Source of the DNA: Ptychomitrium polyphyllum
Lineage: Eukaryota
Length of the DNA: 64,000 bases
Assembly: GCA_973851085.1 (NCBI GenBank)
Contig: OZ316775.1
Coordinates: 11,842,001-11,906,000 of the forward strand
Direction: 5' to 3'
In this document: positions 51,401 through 64,000 of the stretch, in pieces
How the letters are laid out: each line of letters opens with the position of its first letter
How positions within the stretch are numbered: the stretch's first letter is position 1
Position numbers and translations under genes: made by a program
The notes under the pieces: generated by a model
Told to the model about the DNA's origin: nothing
The model's database searches: none
What the model saw: the letters and a program-made list of their open reading frames with translations, nothing else

Positions 51401-52198
51401 ATCAAGATCAAGACTTTATCCAAACAAAATGAAGAATTGTATTTAACCATTTATAATGGTCAAGGAACAAAAGCATCACAGCTGCTACCTCAAGTCAACT
51501 TGAATACTTCATTGTTTAAACTTGGCTTATTAGCTGATGGACAAATTCAAGTTGAGAAGTCAATGTCAAGGGCCAAAGAATTAAGAATTAGCCTTTCAGA
51601 AACGTTTGAAAATACACTTTCAAAATTTTGAAGCTTAATAAACCAAGTTCAATTAATTACTTTGCTTCAACCTTGACAGTATTCTACGGATGCTTCACGC
51701 ATTGGTTTTGTAGGAACGTTGTTTTTAAGACAAGCATTGTTCTGGTTTGCATTATTTTTTGAAAAGAATTCTTTAATATTTAACAACTTTAATACATTTC
51801 TAGACACATTTGCAAAAGCATTTGATAACCATGACAAGCTTCGTTTTGCAACTACTAAGAGTTGTGCCTTACGCCAAGGGCCACAATCTATGTCAACTTA
51901 TGCATTAAAATTGAACAACTTGCATGCGACATCAATTGAAGTGAAGAAGCACTGATGAGTCAATTTCATTGGAATGTACGCGATGAAAATAAGAATTTAT
52001 TGCTATCCATGCCAAACTTCCAAACACTTCATGAAGTCATTAATCAAGCTTTGAAGTGCAATAATCGTCTATTTTAACGTCGACAAGATAAATAGACTTA
52101 TTTACGCCTTGGCTATATACCAACTTTTTAGTAGCTTCGGCCTTGTATACCTCTAACAAGTATTTGGAAATGGAAGCCATGTAGATTGATGCAATTTG

Positions 52199-55100
52199 TG
52201 TTGCAAAGTGTGAAACATATAAAGTAATCCTAGTTGAAGTATCATAGTATAGGCTTAGAGCTTAATATATTGCTAATGGTCAAAGGGATATGAAGAAGGA
52301 GGCCATAGGGGATATGGAGGCTAGAGTTAAGAAAAGGCAACAAGGGTTTTGTATGGCGGCTAGGGTTAGGGTTAGCCGCCACATGTCACTCATATAGTGG
52401 AGGCAAATGCATGGCCGCCAAGTGGCACACTTTGGTGGATGACTCTCAAGTATAAGTAAAGGGGTTTTGGAAGTGGGAGTCATCTTGCTCCACACTTCTC
52501 TTATTGCAACTTTGCTCTCTCTCTTCTTACTTATTGTACTAGCTTTGTTGCATTTCTTCAATAGGTTATGGGCCCACTCACACTTAGTTGTGCCTTTTGA
52601 AGTAGCTTGAAGTGTTTGTAGTTGTTGTTCTTGTGTGGAGCAAGATCACTTCATAGTTATTGAGAATAGAGTTAGAAACGCCTAACTTTGACGTTTTGCA
52701 CATGTAGGTGCTTGGTTTGATGTTTCTTGAGCTCTAGTAGGGTTGTGGTTGTTGAAACTCCTTGGATAGTGAGTTGCTTTGAGTGGTGGTAAGACCTTGA
52801 TAGTGTCTTTGTTGGATTCAAGCTCCCTAACACCATTTTGTGGTTGGTGTTGTTGTCTTGTGAGTTCATTGATAAGTGTGCTTATTGAGTGGACATAGTG
52901 ATTTGAAAGGCTTGTCTTGGGACTCCTAGTTGTGAAGACTTGTGAGAAGCAGAGGAGTCAAGGAAATAGTTTGTTTGAAGGTTTGCTTTTTACCTCTCTT
53001 CTTAAGCCATGGCTTTGAGTGAAGGTGAAGGTTTGAGGGTCATTCAAAAGTTTCATGGTGAGAACTTCTACCAATGGAAGGTTAGGATGGAGCTCTCGTT
53101 GGCTTCTTTGGACCTTTGGGACATCATAGATGAGACTAAGGTTGCTCCACCATTGTCGGCGGATGCAAAGGAGAGGAAGGAGTTCCAACGTTGTGAGAAG
53201 AAGGCTTTTGGCATTCTTGCCACCAACCTTGATGATGCCAACTTTGCCCATATCATCTCTTATACAGGACCAGCAGAAGCGTGGAAAACGCTTTGCAACA
53301 TCTATGAGAGCAAGAACCTTTCCAATATCATCTTCACAAAGAAGAAGTTATTGAACTGTAAGATGGAAGAAGGGCAAGACCTCATGGCGCATGTCAACAA
53401 ATTGAAGGCCCTTGCAAGACAACTTGCCATTGTGGACAAGCCATTGGAAGAGTCGGATGTTGTGATTACATTGCTCATGAGCTTGCCGGAGTCCTATAGC
53501 TATCTCATAGTGGCCTTGGAGTCCATTCCCATCAAGGACCTCACCATGGACAATGTGATGGCAAGATTGAGCCACGAGGACACCAAGAGGAAGGAGAAGG
53601 CGAATTCAAGTGAGGACTCCGCCTTCTTCTCGAGGCAAGGCAAGGCCACCTACTCCAATCAACGTCCAAATCTTCGAACGTGTTTTGTGTGTGGAAAACC
53701 AGGTCATTTTGTTCGAAATTGCTACCAGGTGATGCCAACCATGTGATGGACCACCTTGGAGGTGGTGATTGTGCCTTCATGGCAAGCGAGGGGGCGCCTA
53801 TGGCGGCCCTATCCAAGTGGATAGTTGATTCGGGCGCCACAAAGTACATGACTCCTTACAAGTGCTCATTCTATACTTATGAGGCAATTGCAGCCACTAG
53901 TGTGGTCATGGGTGACAATGGCGTGGTGGAGGCCATTGGAATGGGTTCCATTGTGGTGGAGGTTGTTGTCGGAGGCAAGACCAAGAGGATCACCTTCAAG
54001 GACGTGCTGCATGTGCCAAAGATGAAGTCCAACCTCCTTTCGGTGAGCAAACTTGTGATGGGAGGGTTTGTGGCTCATTTCAATGTGAATGGATGTATTG
54101 TGAAGTCATTGAGAGGAGATGTTGTTGCCACGGGATTGAGGGATGGCAACTTATACTTCATCAAGTGTAAGAAGGTGATTGGGGTGGAGGTGGCGGCCTT
54201 TGCTGAGTTCATTGAAGACCAAGACAAGTTTGGCATATGGCATGGGTGCCTTGGGCACCTTAATGTGAAGGCCATGAAGGAATTCCAAGGCATGGTAAGC
54301 GGCTTAGATCTCGGTACAACATGCCACAAGGCCAAGGAACTTGCTTGTGAGGCTTGCATCCAAGGCAAGCAACAAAGGGCGTCGTTTCCAAGTGGAGTGG
54401 CAACTCGTGCAAGCAAAGTGTTGGAGATTGTGCATTCCGACGTGTGCGAGCCTATGAGGACTCCATCCATTGGGGGAGCAAGGTACTTCCTCACCTTCAT
54501 TGATGATTATTCGAGGAAAGTATGGGTGTTCATCCTCAAGGCCAAGAGCAAATGCTTTGCAAGATTCAAGGAGTTCAAGGCGCTTGTGGAGAAGCAATGT
54601 GAGTCCAAGATCAAGGTGTTGCGTTTGGATAATGGTGGTGAGTTCTTATCCAAATGTTTTGATGACTTGTTGAGGAGTGAAGGCATTACAAGGCAAACCT
54701 CCACTCCATACACTCCACAACAAAATGGAGTTGCTGAGAGGGCAAACCGCACCATTGTGGAGATGGCAAGGAGCATGCTTCATGCCCAACATCTTGGGCA
54801 TGAGTTGTGGATGGAAGTAGTGGTGAATGCGGTGTACACAAGAAATAGGTGCCACACAAGTACCCTTGCATCCATGACCCCTGAAGAAGCTTGGAGTGGT
54901 AAGAAGCCTTGTGTTTCACACATGAGGACCTTCAGATGCCTTGCATATGCAAAGGTTCCAGATTGCATGAGGTCTAAGCTTGATGCAAAGGGTACAAAGT
55001 GTGTGTTCTTAGGTTATTGTGAGGGCAGCAAAGCATATAGGTTGATGTGTGTGGAAAGCAAGAAGATCATCAAGAGTCGTGATGTTGAGTTCTTGGAGCA

Positions 55101-57417
55101 CAAGAGTGCTTATGAGCACTTGGGAATGTGTCCAAGTGGGAGTAATGGTGTGATTGTGGACACATCCTCCACAAAAACTAAGGATGAAGGTGGAAATGCG
55201 GATGGAGGTGAAGGAACAATGGAGGGGGAGATTAAGGCGACTTCCACCCTTAAGACCAGCAGAGGAGCCTCACAGGATGATGGTGAGCATCTTCATCCAA
55301 GTGAGGAGGATCAACCTCTAAGTGAAGGAGAAATGGATGCATTACAAGAGGAGCGGCCTGCAATGAGTGGTAGGAGGTAACCCCATAAGGAAGAGGAGGC
55401 CACCTGGTGAATGGTGGAAGAACCACATCTTTTCTAAAGTGAGTGCAGAACATGCCAATGTTGCCCTCCTTGTTGATCCTTTATCTATGTGCTATGCCTT
55501 GAAGTCCATGGATGCAATGAAGTGGGAGAAGGCCATGGAAGAGGAGTACAAGTCGCTCATGGATAATGGCACATGGCACTTGACTCAACTTCCTCCAAAT
55601 CGTTCTTCCATAGGTTGCAAGTGGGTGTTTAGAACCAAGAAGGATGCTTCGGGTGCAATTGTGAGGCACAAGGCAAGGCTAGTTGCGAAAGGATACTCAC
55701 AAGTTGCTGGTGTGGACTTCAATGAGACATTTGCACCTGTGGCCAAATTCACCACCATTAGGACCATCTTGGCCATAGCAGCGGCAATGGACTTGGAGGT
55801 GCACTAGATGGATGTGAAGACGGCCTTTCTTAATGGAGAGTTGGAAGAAGATATCTACATGGAGCAGCCTCCAGGATTTGTACATGAAGGCTTGGAACAC
55901 CTTGTTTGCAAGTTGAAGAAGGCCTTGTACGGGCTTAAGCAATCACCAAGGGCATGGTACCAACGCATTGATGCATTCTTTAGGAAGGAAGGGTTTGTGA
56001 GAAGTGAGGCGGATCATTCCTTGTATGTGATTCAGACCATGGAGTTCTTGTTGATTGTGATTCTCTATGTAGATGACTTGATCATGTTGGCCAACCTTTT
56101 GAAGAAGCTAGAGTGGCTGAAGGCCAAATTAGAGCAGGAGTTTGAGATGAGTGATTTGGGCGAGTTGCACTATTGTCTTGGAGTGGAATTTGTAAGGGAT
56201 CGTGCGAAGAGGACCATCACCATAAGCCAGAGGAAGTACATTGAAGAAGTATTGAAGCGATTCAACATGGAAGACTACAAGCTAGTGGGAACGCCCTTGG
56301 AGGCTAACTTGAGGTTGATGAAGCTAAGTGATGAGGAGTATGCTCAAGTAGAGGGCGAAATGCAAGGCATTCCATACAAGGCTGGAGTTGGGTCCCTCAT
56401 GTATGCCATGGTGGGCACAAGGTTTGATCTTGCATTTTCGGTGAGTGTTGTGAGCCCACACATGTCCAAGGCCGGCCCCATGCACTGGGCAACCATCAAG
56501 AGGATCATGAGGTACTTGAAAGGCACCTTGGACTTTATGTTGTGTTTGGGAGGTGATAACATTGAGTTGCAGGGGTTTTGTGATGCGGATTGGGCTGGAG
56601 ATGCAAATGATAGGCGCTCCACAACGGGGTATGTGTTCTTTGTTGGAATGGAAGTCATCTCTTGGAACTGCAAGAGGCAACCCACAATTGCAAGGTCAAC
56701 CATGGAGGCGGAGTACATGGCGGCAAGTCATGGTGCGATGGAAGCAATGTGGCTGAGGCAACTCTTGGAGGACATTGGACTTGTACAAGTGGGTGCAACG
56801 CCCATCATGTGTGACAATCAAGGATGTCTTGCTTTTGCCAAGAATTCCAAGCATCACTCACGAACAAAGCACATCGACATCCAACATCACTTCATAAGAG
56901 AGAAGATTGAAGATGGAGTGATAGATATGAGGTATTGTGCAACAGAGGGCATGCTTGCTGATTTGTTGACAAAAGCATTGGTAAAGGATAGACACCAGCT
57001 GTCAACGAGGTCAATTGGATTAAAGGTCCTTTGACCAGTAGCAAAGTGGGAGTGTTGCAAAGTGTGAAACATATAAAGTAATCCTAGTTGAAGTATCCTA
57101 GTGTAGGCTTAGAGCTTGATATGTTGCTAATGGTCAAAGGGATATGAAGAAGGAGGCCACAGGGGATATGGAGGCTAGAGTTAAGAAAAGGCAACAAGGG
57201 TTTTGTATGGCGGCTAGGGTTAGGGTTAGCCGCCACATGTCACTCATATAGTGGAGGCAAATGCATGGCCGCCAAGTGGCACACTTTGGTGGATGACTCT
57301 CAAGTATAAGTAAAGGGGTTTTGGAAGTGGGAGTCATCTTGCTCCACACTTCTCTTATTGCAACTTTGCTCTCTCTCTTCTTGCTTATTGTACTAGCTTT
57401 GTTGCATTTCTTCAATA
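52199..57417 (+). mobile_element. Copia-2: full-length Ty1/Copia LTR retrotransposon (5.2 kb), TSD ATTTG
   Basis: 365-bp LTRs at 52199-52563 and 57053-57417 (6 mismatches by hand count). PBS 52564-52577; PPT caaagtgggag. TSD atttg at 52194-52198 and 57418-57422. Confidence 0.96.
53009..57034 (+). pseudogene. Disrupted Copia-2 gag-pol
   Basis: Gag with CFVCGKPGHFVRNC, then a frame change after the knuckle; PR WIVDSGAT, INT, RT YVDDL, RH. In-frame stops at 55378-55380 and 55805-55807. Confidence 0.9.
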
Positions 57418-60400
57418 ATTTGTTTCAAGCCCTTTATCAAATATGAGAAGAAGCAACGAAAGGAGCAAAGGTTGTGTTTGTATTGTAGAAAAATTAGCCA
57501 CAAGGTTGATAACTGCCCAAAAAAACCTCTACATACATATTGGATGAAGGACACAACCACAACGGCAAATACTTTGCAAGAAAATGAAGACATCCAGCTA
57601 CAGTAGGAATCGTGCGGTTGAATCTGCTTCATTTGTATGAAAAAAAAGGTCATCTTCTATTAGCTCAAAAACCTTGCTCTAATAGATTCAAGAATTTTTG
57701 CTTGCTTTATTGACAAATTAAAAAAAATAATCTATAAATTTTTTATTATTTTAAAATCCAAACCAATTCATGTAGAAGTCATAGATGATCAACCGTTACC
57801 TTTTGGAGATGTTATTCATGAAACCAATCCATTAATAATAACATTAAACAACCATAGTAGCCAAGTGATATTTAATGTCATTAGGTCTCTATCAAATCCC
57901 ATCATTCTAAAGCTTTCTTGGCTCAGAAAATACAATCTACAGAGAGATTGGACATTTCATAAAATAAAATTTTCAACATTAAAACTTGTAACTATTAAGT
58001 CTATAGAGGAAGCTGAAGCATCTTACAAATCTAAGACCATAAAGCCTCTCTTTATTAGAGCTAGAGCATTTATGATAGCAACAAGGGCTAGTGCTTCTTT
58101 TGCTGTGTATGCAATTTCAACGTTCAAGGTTGTGGCTTCATCATCAACCATTCCAAAAAAAATTAAAAAAATTCAACATGTATTTAAAAAGAAGAATTCA
58201 GACATCCTACCAGAACATCATTCCTATGGCTGTGCCATAAAACTCCAAAATAGTGCCCAGCCACCATTTGAACCTATCTATAATTTATCCCAAAACAAGC
58301 TTTTGGCACTAAGGGAATATATTGATAAAAACTAAGCCAAGAACTTCATTTGACATTCAAAGTTTTTTGCTGGTACTCCGATATTTTTTATAAAAAAACA
58401 AGATGGATCTTTACAAATGTGTGATGATTACCGCAGCTTCAACAAAATGACGGTGAAGAACCGATATCTATTGCCGCTGATATTTGAGCTTCTTGATTAA
58501 CTTAGTGAAATAAAGATCTATACCAAAATAGACCTGCAAGGAGCCTACAAATTGGTGCGCATTAAAGAAGGAGACAGATGGATGACGACTTTTTGAACAA
58601 GGTATGGATATTTTGAATACAATGTCATGTCATTTGAACTTACTAACGCACTTGCTATTTTTCAGCACCTAATAAATGACATATTTTGGGAGTACCTTGA
58701 TGATTTTGTTATATGCTATTTTGATGATATCTTGATCTATTCAAAGAATTCAAAGGAACATAAACAATATGTCCGCATAGTTCTACAAAAGCTACAAAAT
58801 TTCAATTTGTATGCCAAGCTGGATAAATGTGTATTCCATGAACCTCAAGAAGAAGTCCTTGGATATATCATTTCTATTAGAAGACTATTAATAGATCCAA
58901 AGAAGGTCAAAGCAATCAGCAATTAAACAAGGCCAATATCAATACGTGATGTCCAATGCTTTCTTAGATTTGCAAACTTCTATAGGATCTTCATCAAGGA
59001 TTATTCTTAAACAGCTACACTACTTATGTGACTAACATGCAAGAAAAAGCTTGAATGGAGATTAGATGTTGAGGATGCATTCCAAAGTTTGAAGCAAGCT
59101 TTTACCACAATTTTTATTCTGGTCCATTTGAACTTTTAAAAGCAATTTTATCTTAAAACAAATGCTTTTGACTTTGAATAAGCAGCAATTTTGTCACAAA
59201 CGGAAATAAAAGGAAATTCCATCCAATCGCATTTCATTCCAAAAAAAATTTAGCTTCAAAAATCAATTACGAGATCCACGACAATGAACTCCTTGCGATT
59301 GTAAATTCCTTCCAAGCATGGCGCCATTTATTCAAGGATGCCATGCATCCAGTTATTATATATATAAACCACAAGAACTTAGAATATTTCATGTCAACTT
59401 CTGTTTTGAATTGTTGCCAAGCTCATTGGATTATGTCTCTATTTTTATTTGATTTCCACATTACATATCAACCCGGAAAACAACAAGGATTGTCAGATAT
59501 ATTTGTCAAGGTGGTCATATCTTGCGCTAAAGGAAAGAAAGGCATCACACAATCAACAACAAGCAACTTTGTTGAAGCCCAAATGATTTTGTGTACGCAT
59601 AATTATTATTTCAATTTCCATGGATTCATCATTTCTTGACGAGGTTTGTGTGGCATCTACAACTAACCCTTTTATTATTGATATCAAACGTCATTCCAAC
59701 AACCTCTCTAAAGATGTTTCTAAGTTCAAATTAAAAGACAACCTTATTTACTTTGAAGAACGTCTATATATTCTTGAAGGACCAGTTCGCCTTTGTGTAC
59801 TTCAAACATGTCATGACTTTCTTGCAGCTGAACATTTTGGATTCAACAAGATTTTGGAACTCCTTTCAAGAGAGTTTTGGTGGCTTCAAATGTAGAATGC
59901 CGTTAAGGAATTTGTACTCTTGTAAAATATCTATTCTTCGTCAAAGAACCCTTGATATTGTCCATACAAACTTCTCCAACCACTGCCTATTCTAAGGCAA
60001 TTGTGGTCATTTATTTCCATGGATCTGATCACAAATCTTCTACGATCAAATTTTTTTGATACCATCTTTGTAGTGATAGACCAATTGTCAAGATGGCACA
60101 TTTTATACCTTACAAACAGACAATTATGGATGAAGAGATTGTTACACTCTTTATGAATAATGTCTACCGCTACCATAGATTGCATTACGATATTATATTG
60201 GATTGTGGACCACAGTTTGTATCAACATTTTGGAAGCCAATCTTTGAAATCCTTAAGGTGGACATAAAACTCTCTTTTGCCTTCCATCTTTAAACCAATG
60301 GCCAAACAAAATGAGTCAGCCAGATCTTGGAGTAATATCTGAGTTATGTTATCAACTACCAATAAAATTATTGAACTTCCTACTTGACATTGGTTGAGTT

Positions 60401-62029
60401 TGCTATCAACAACAGCGCTTATGCTTCCGTCCAATAAACATCATTCTACTCCAACTATGGACATTATCCAAAGATGGATATATTACAGCTTCCACAATCT
60501 GAAAATTTAGCAACAAAGGAATTTTCCATAAAGATGGTAGAGCTTCAAACAATCATGAAGATTCAACTAAATGAAGCTTAAGAACGAGACAAAATGGCAG
60601 GAAATGCAACAAAGAAGGAACAACCTCCATTCCAAGTTGGTGAAAAGGTGTAGCTCCTTTGACGTAATATAAGGACTAACAAGTCATAAAATAAATTGAA
60701 CTATTGCAGATTGGAACTATTTGCAATCAAAAAACAAGCCAAACACGTGGCATATCATTTGGAACTACCAACATCAATGAAAGTACATCCCGTCTTCCAT
60801 GTTTCATTTTTGGAAACTTATAAGGAATCAAGTATCCCTAGATGAAGGCAGTTGCTACCACCTATGATCAAAATCAACAATTATCATGAATTTGAAATGG
60901 AGGAAGTGCTTGATTTACAGATAAGACCTGAAAAGCTAGAATATTTGATCCATTGGGACAGATATAACATCAATGAACGTACATGGGAGCTTACTAATAA
61001 TCTTGCCAATACCAGTAAAAGTTCATGAGCTCCATCAACAACATCCATCCAAACTATAAATAATAGCGCAAGGAATAGTAGCTCGGTAATGTTACATAAT
61101 TTTAAAGGCTCTTGCTGCTTGGACTTTAAAGTGAGAGAGGTAGCAATTCTTAGACCATAAGTTTTTAAAGCCCAAGACATGATTTAGAAATTAGTTGTTT
61201 ATATTTTGAAGTTTATCATAATTTCTTGAAAGTGACTCGATATAATAGATACAAATAGTTAGAAAGTAAATACCATGCCAAAGGTGTCAACTAAACCAAG
61301 TGGCTCCTGTTAATAACCTTGTGATGAAGAACAGATTGGACCAAGAAAATGTCAAAGAATACCAAGCAATAAATTGTTGGTGATCGTCTTTGAAGTCAAG
61401 CCAAGATATGAAGATTATCTAGAAGCAATGTTTGAAGGACACTTTTACAACAAAGATATAAAACTTCATGCTTGGTCCCAAGTAAAAGGTGTTAGAAACT
61501 ATTGATGGTTACAAGGACCTATGAATCATTTGAATCGTGAAAGGAAATTGGAGTATGTTGTAGACACCATGTAACAAAATTTTTATTTATGACAACTTTG
61601 AGCACTTATTGCAACATGCTCCTAAGAGACCTTAGAGCAGAAGAAGAGGTGATGTCACAGACATATATATTAGAAGCATCTAGAAAGATTCTTAGAAGAT
61701 TTAGAAAGTTTCCAAGGAAGTTACTTCAACTTAAGATGCTTCTAAGGAAGCAACTCAAGATTGCTTGAGTACAAAGCAATGTAGTAGAAACTTCTCAAGA
61801 AGTTTTTAAGGCTTGTTGTCTTAATATATATAGGAATTGAGGCTGAAGGGCTCTTTAATCTCAACAATGCATCTCTTGTGGTCTATCTTAAATCTTTTGG
61901 CCTTGTCTTTGTATCTTATTAGAGCTCTTTACTTCTAATATACCTTGGACATATCTTGTTCTACATCTTGCAATTCTAAAGCCTTTTCTTGTCATTATTC
62001 TATTTATAATACTTAAAGTCTACTACATA

Positions 62030-64000
62030 ATTATACAAAAGATTACTCTATGCTAGTCTATTGGTAGCAAATGCAATTTCTTTGAATTTAAAAGCAATGA
62101 AATCATCACCTACTTTGAATAGAAGGAATTTAGTATTTTCATTAAAACCTTATCTATTAAACCACTTTACATAAAGAAATGATAATCTTTCAAATCAATT
62201 TGATTGAATTACAATATATATTCAAAAACGTAATTAGAAATGGTAATGACAAACTACTTCAACTAAAGTATTCAATATTACAGTTAGTAATGGTTACGGT
62301 CCATCACTACCAAGTAATTGATAATTTGGTAGTTTCTTATTGGAAATCCTTATCTAAGAAAGATCAGCTATACCAATATTATTATTGGTAACTACCAAGT
62401 ATTCTAAAACTCAATAGTTCCTTACTATAGCGTTAGATCTAGGAAAAATAATCTATATGAATATATTGCTAATATTACCTAATAGAGGAAACATAATAGT
62501 AGTAAGGAGCAAATTATAAACCACTATAGGAATTGCTAGAATGGACAATACTACATATAATTATATACTCAAGATGAAGCTGATAAATGAATCAAAAGAT
62601 GGAGTGTATAACTTCTTTCATAGAACAAAGCCAAATACAATACATCCTCAACTCTCTTGGTTGAAGGTTTAAATATTAGATTCAAGATCCTATAAAAGTG
62701 GATCTACATTTGTTTGTTTGAATTACTACTACTATGATCTTATAGTTATGATATAATACCGGGTAGCTCGGTAACATCCAAAGAATTCTTGAATGTGCTA
62801 CTTTGAGCTATTTTAAGAACTATGCAATTAGTAAGGCCTATTGATAATTTGAGGGCTATTATTATGACAAACTGTATTCCAACAAATATATATTTTTTGG
62901 TTGAAAAATTAATACATTGTTCTTATAGTTGGTAACTACCAAATAACAAAAGACTAGTAGTTACGCGCTTATGATAACTAATAGCAAAAAGATACTTAGA
63001 CAAGTCTATAATTAATAACTATTAAATAGAAGAGTAATGGTAGCTCAAAAAATAAAGACATGAAAATACGAGAAAAATTTCTATAATGAAGGGACATACA
63101 TAAGAATTATGATACACTAAGATACAATTGATTCATATTCCATTAATTTGGAAAACACAACTTGGTTAATAGAAAATAAGATAAAGCACATCTTCAAGTC
63201 TTTTGGTTGAAGGTTTAAATATTATCTTCTAGATTCTATAACAATGGATCTATATCCATTGTCTCAATCAAAAAATTAATACTATCATTTGGTAGTTATT
63301 ATTGGAGGATATCTAATAGTTACTGTTAAAGGATGTTTGGTAGTGGCGATAAGGGGAGATTGATAGAAGAAGTCTGATAGTTCCGGATATAACACTTGGC
63401 AAGTTGGTAATATTATTCCCCTTCTAGATTAAATTTACTCCTAAAAACTTACAAAAGTAGCTAACACTTCCTAACACTTCCTAGAGCTATAGTTGGCAAG
63501 GTTTTTGGTGCATAGAAGGAGGAGCAAAATTGGAAGCGGAAAGAATAATGCTTGCAAGGATGGTAGGAAGAAAGAGAAGTTGTTGCCTTATAGGAGGCAT
63601 GGATAGATTGGTATCAGCAAGAAAAAAAAAGTATGTTGCTAAAAGGTTGACAGGTATCGATAGGAAACAAGAAGTGGTAGATAGAAGAGGATTGGAAGTA
63701 TTCTTGAAGTTGGTTAGAGGCTAATGAGGATCTATGGTCAAACTCTCAAAATACTTGTCATCTAAGTCATTAATACTAGAAGAAACAGAAGAGTCCATTA
63801 CGAGATGATTGTCTTTCCAACTTGAAAAGTTTTGTTGGTAGTGGTGAATGATAGTGCCTTGGTTGTAAATAATTGTGTAGACGTTATGGAGGCACTAACA
63901 TTTCTTCATAAGTTGTTTACACACCTTTTGATATCAATATTTTGTCTCTTGTTGAAGAACCTTGCTAGTCTTTATTTGCTGCTACTAGTGGGTACATTTG
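62030..64000. mobile_element. Probable further decayed retrotransposon sequence
   Basis: AT-rich, with an internal direct repeat (ttggttgaaggtttaaatatta at ~62657 and ~63203). No intact domains recognised. Confidence 0.35.

Larger units (their letters stand above)
50777..62027 (+). mobile_element. Decayed Ty3/Gypsy chromovirus, host of Copia-2
   Basis: Related LTRs at ~50777-51147 and ~61653-62027; degenerate PBS aatattagagc; PPT agaagaagaggtga. Gag is split by Copia-2. RT YLDDFVICYFDDILIYS, RNase H, integrase, and chromodomain EFEMEEVLD...LEYLIHW..Y....TWE at ~60890-60990. Many stops and frameshifts. Confidence 0.85.

Noticed and set aside
52280..52561. Duplicated 93-aa ORF (also 57134-57415) and duplicated ORFs at 43504 and 48650
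   Set aside because: Duplicated only because they lie inside LTRs; no coding evidence.

Overview
Eukaryotic, intron-rich plant DNA, most likely a moss of the Physcomitrium type (inferred from gene content and TE families). Bases 1 to ~38,000 are a gene island containing a DUF1995 plastid protein, CCB2, a BTB/POZ gene, two convergent intronless genes of unknown function, mitochondrial ribosomal protein bS6, an FCA-like gene, COQ5 and LPAT4/5. Bases ~39,200-64,000 are a nested LTR-retrotransposon block: decayed chromodomain-bearing Gypsy elements carry two full-length but disrupted Copia elements with paired LTRs, 5-bp TSDs, TG...TA termini and a half-tRNAiMet primer site. Main candidates for novelty: (1) the two intronless genes are divergent paralogs sharing a ~110-aa domain I cannot assign, whose core resembles the retroviral capsid major homology region; (2) the FCA-like gene has an extra in-frame CELF/Bruno-type third RRM after the WW domain, plus candidate autoregulatory splicing elements. 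All calls were read by eye; no database search was run.
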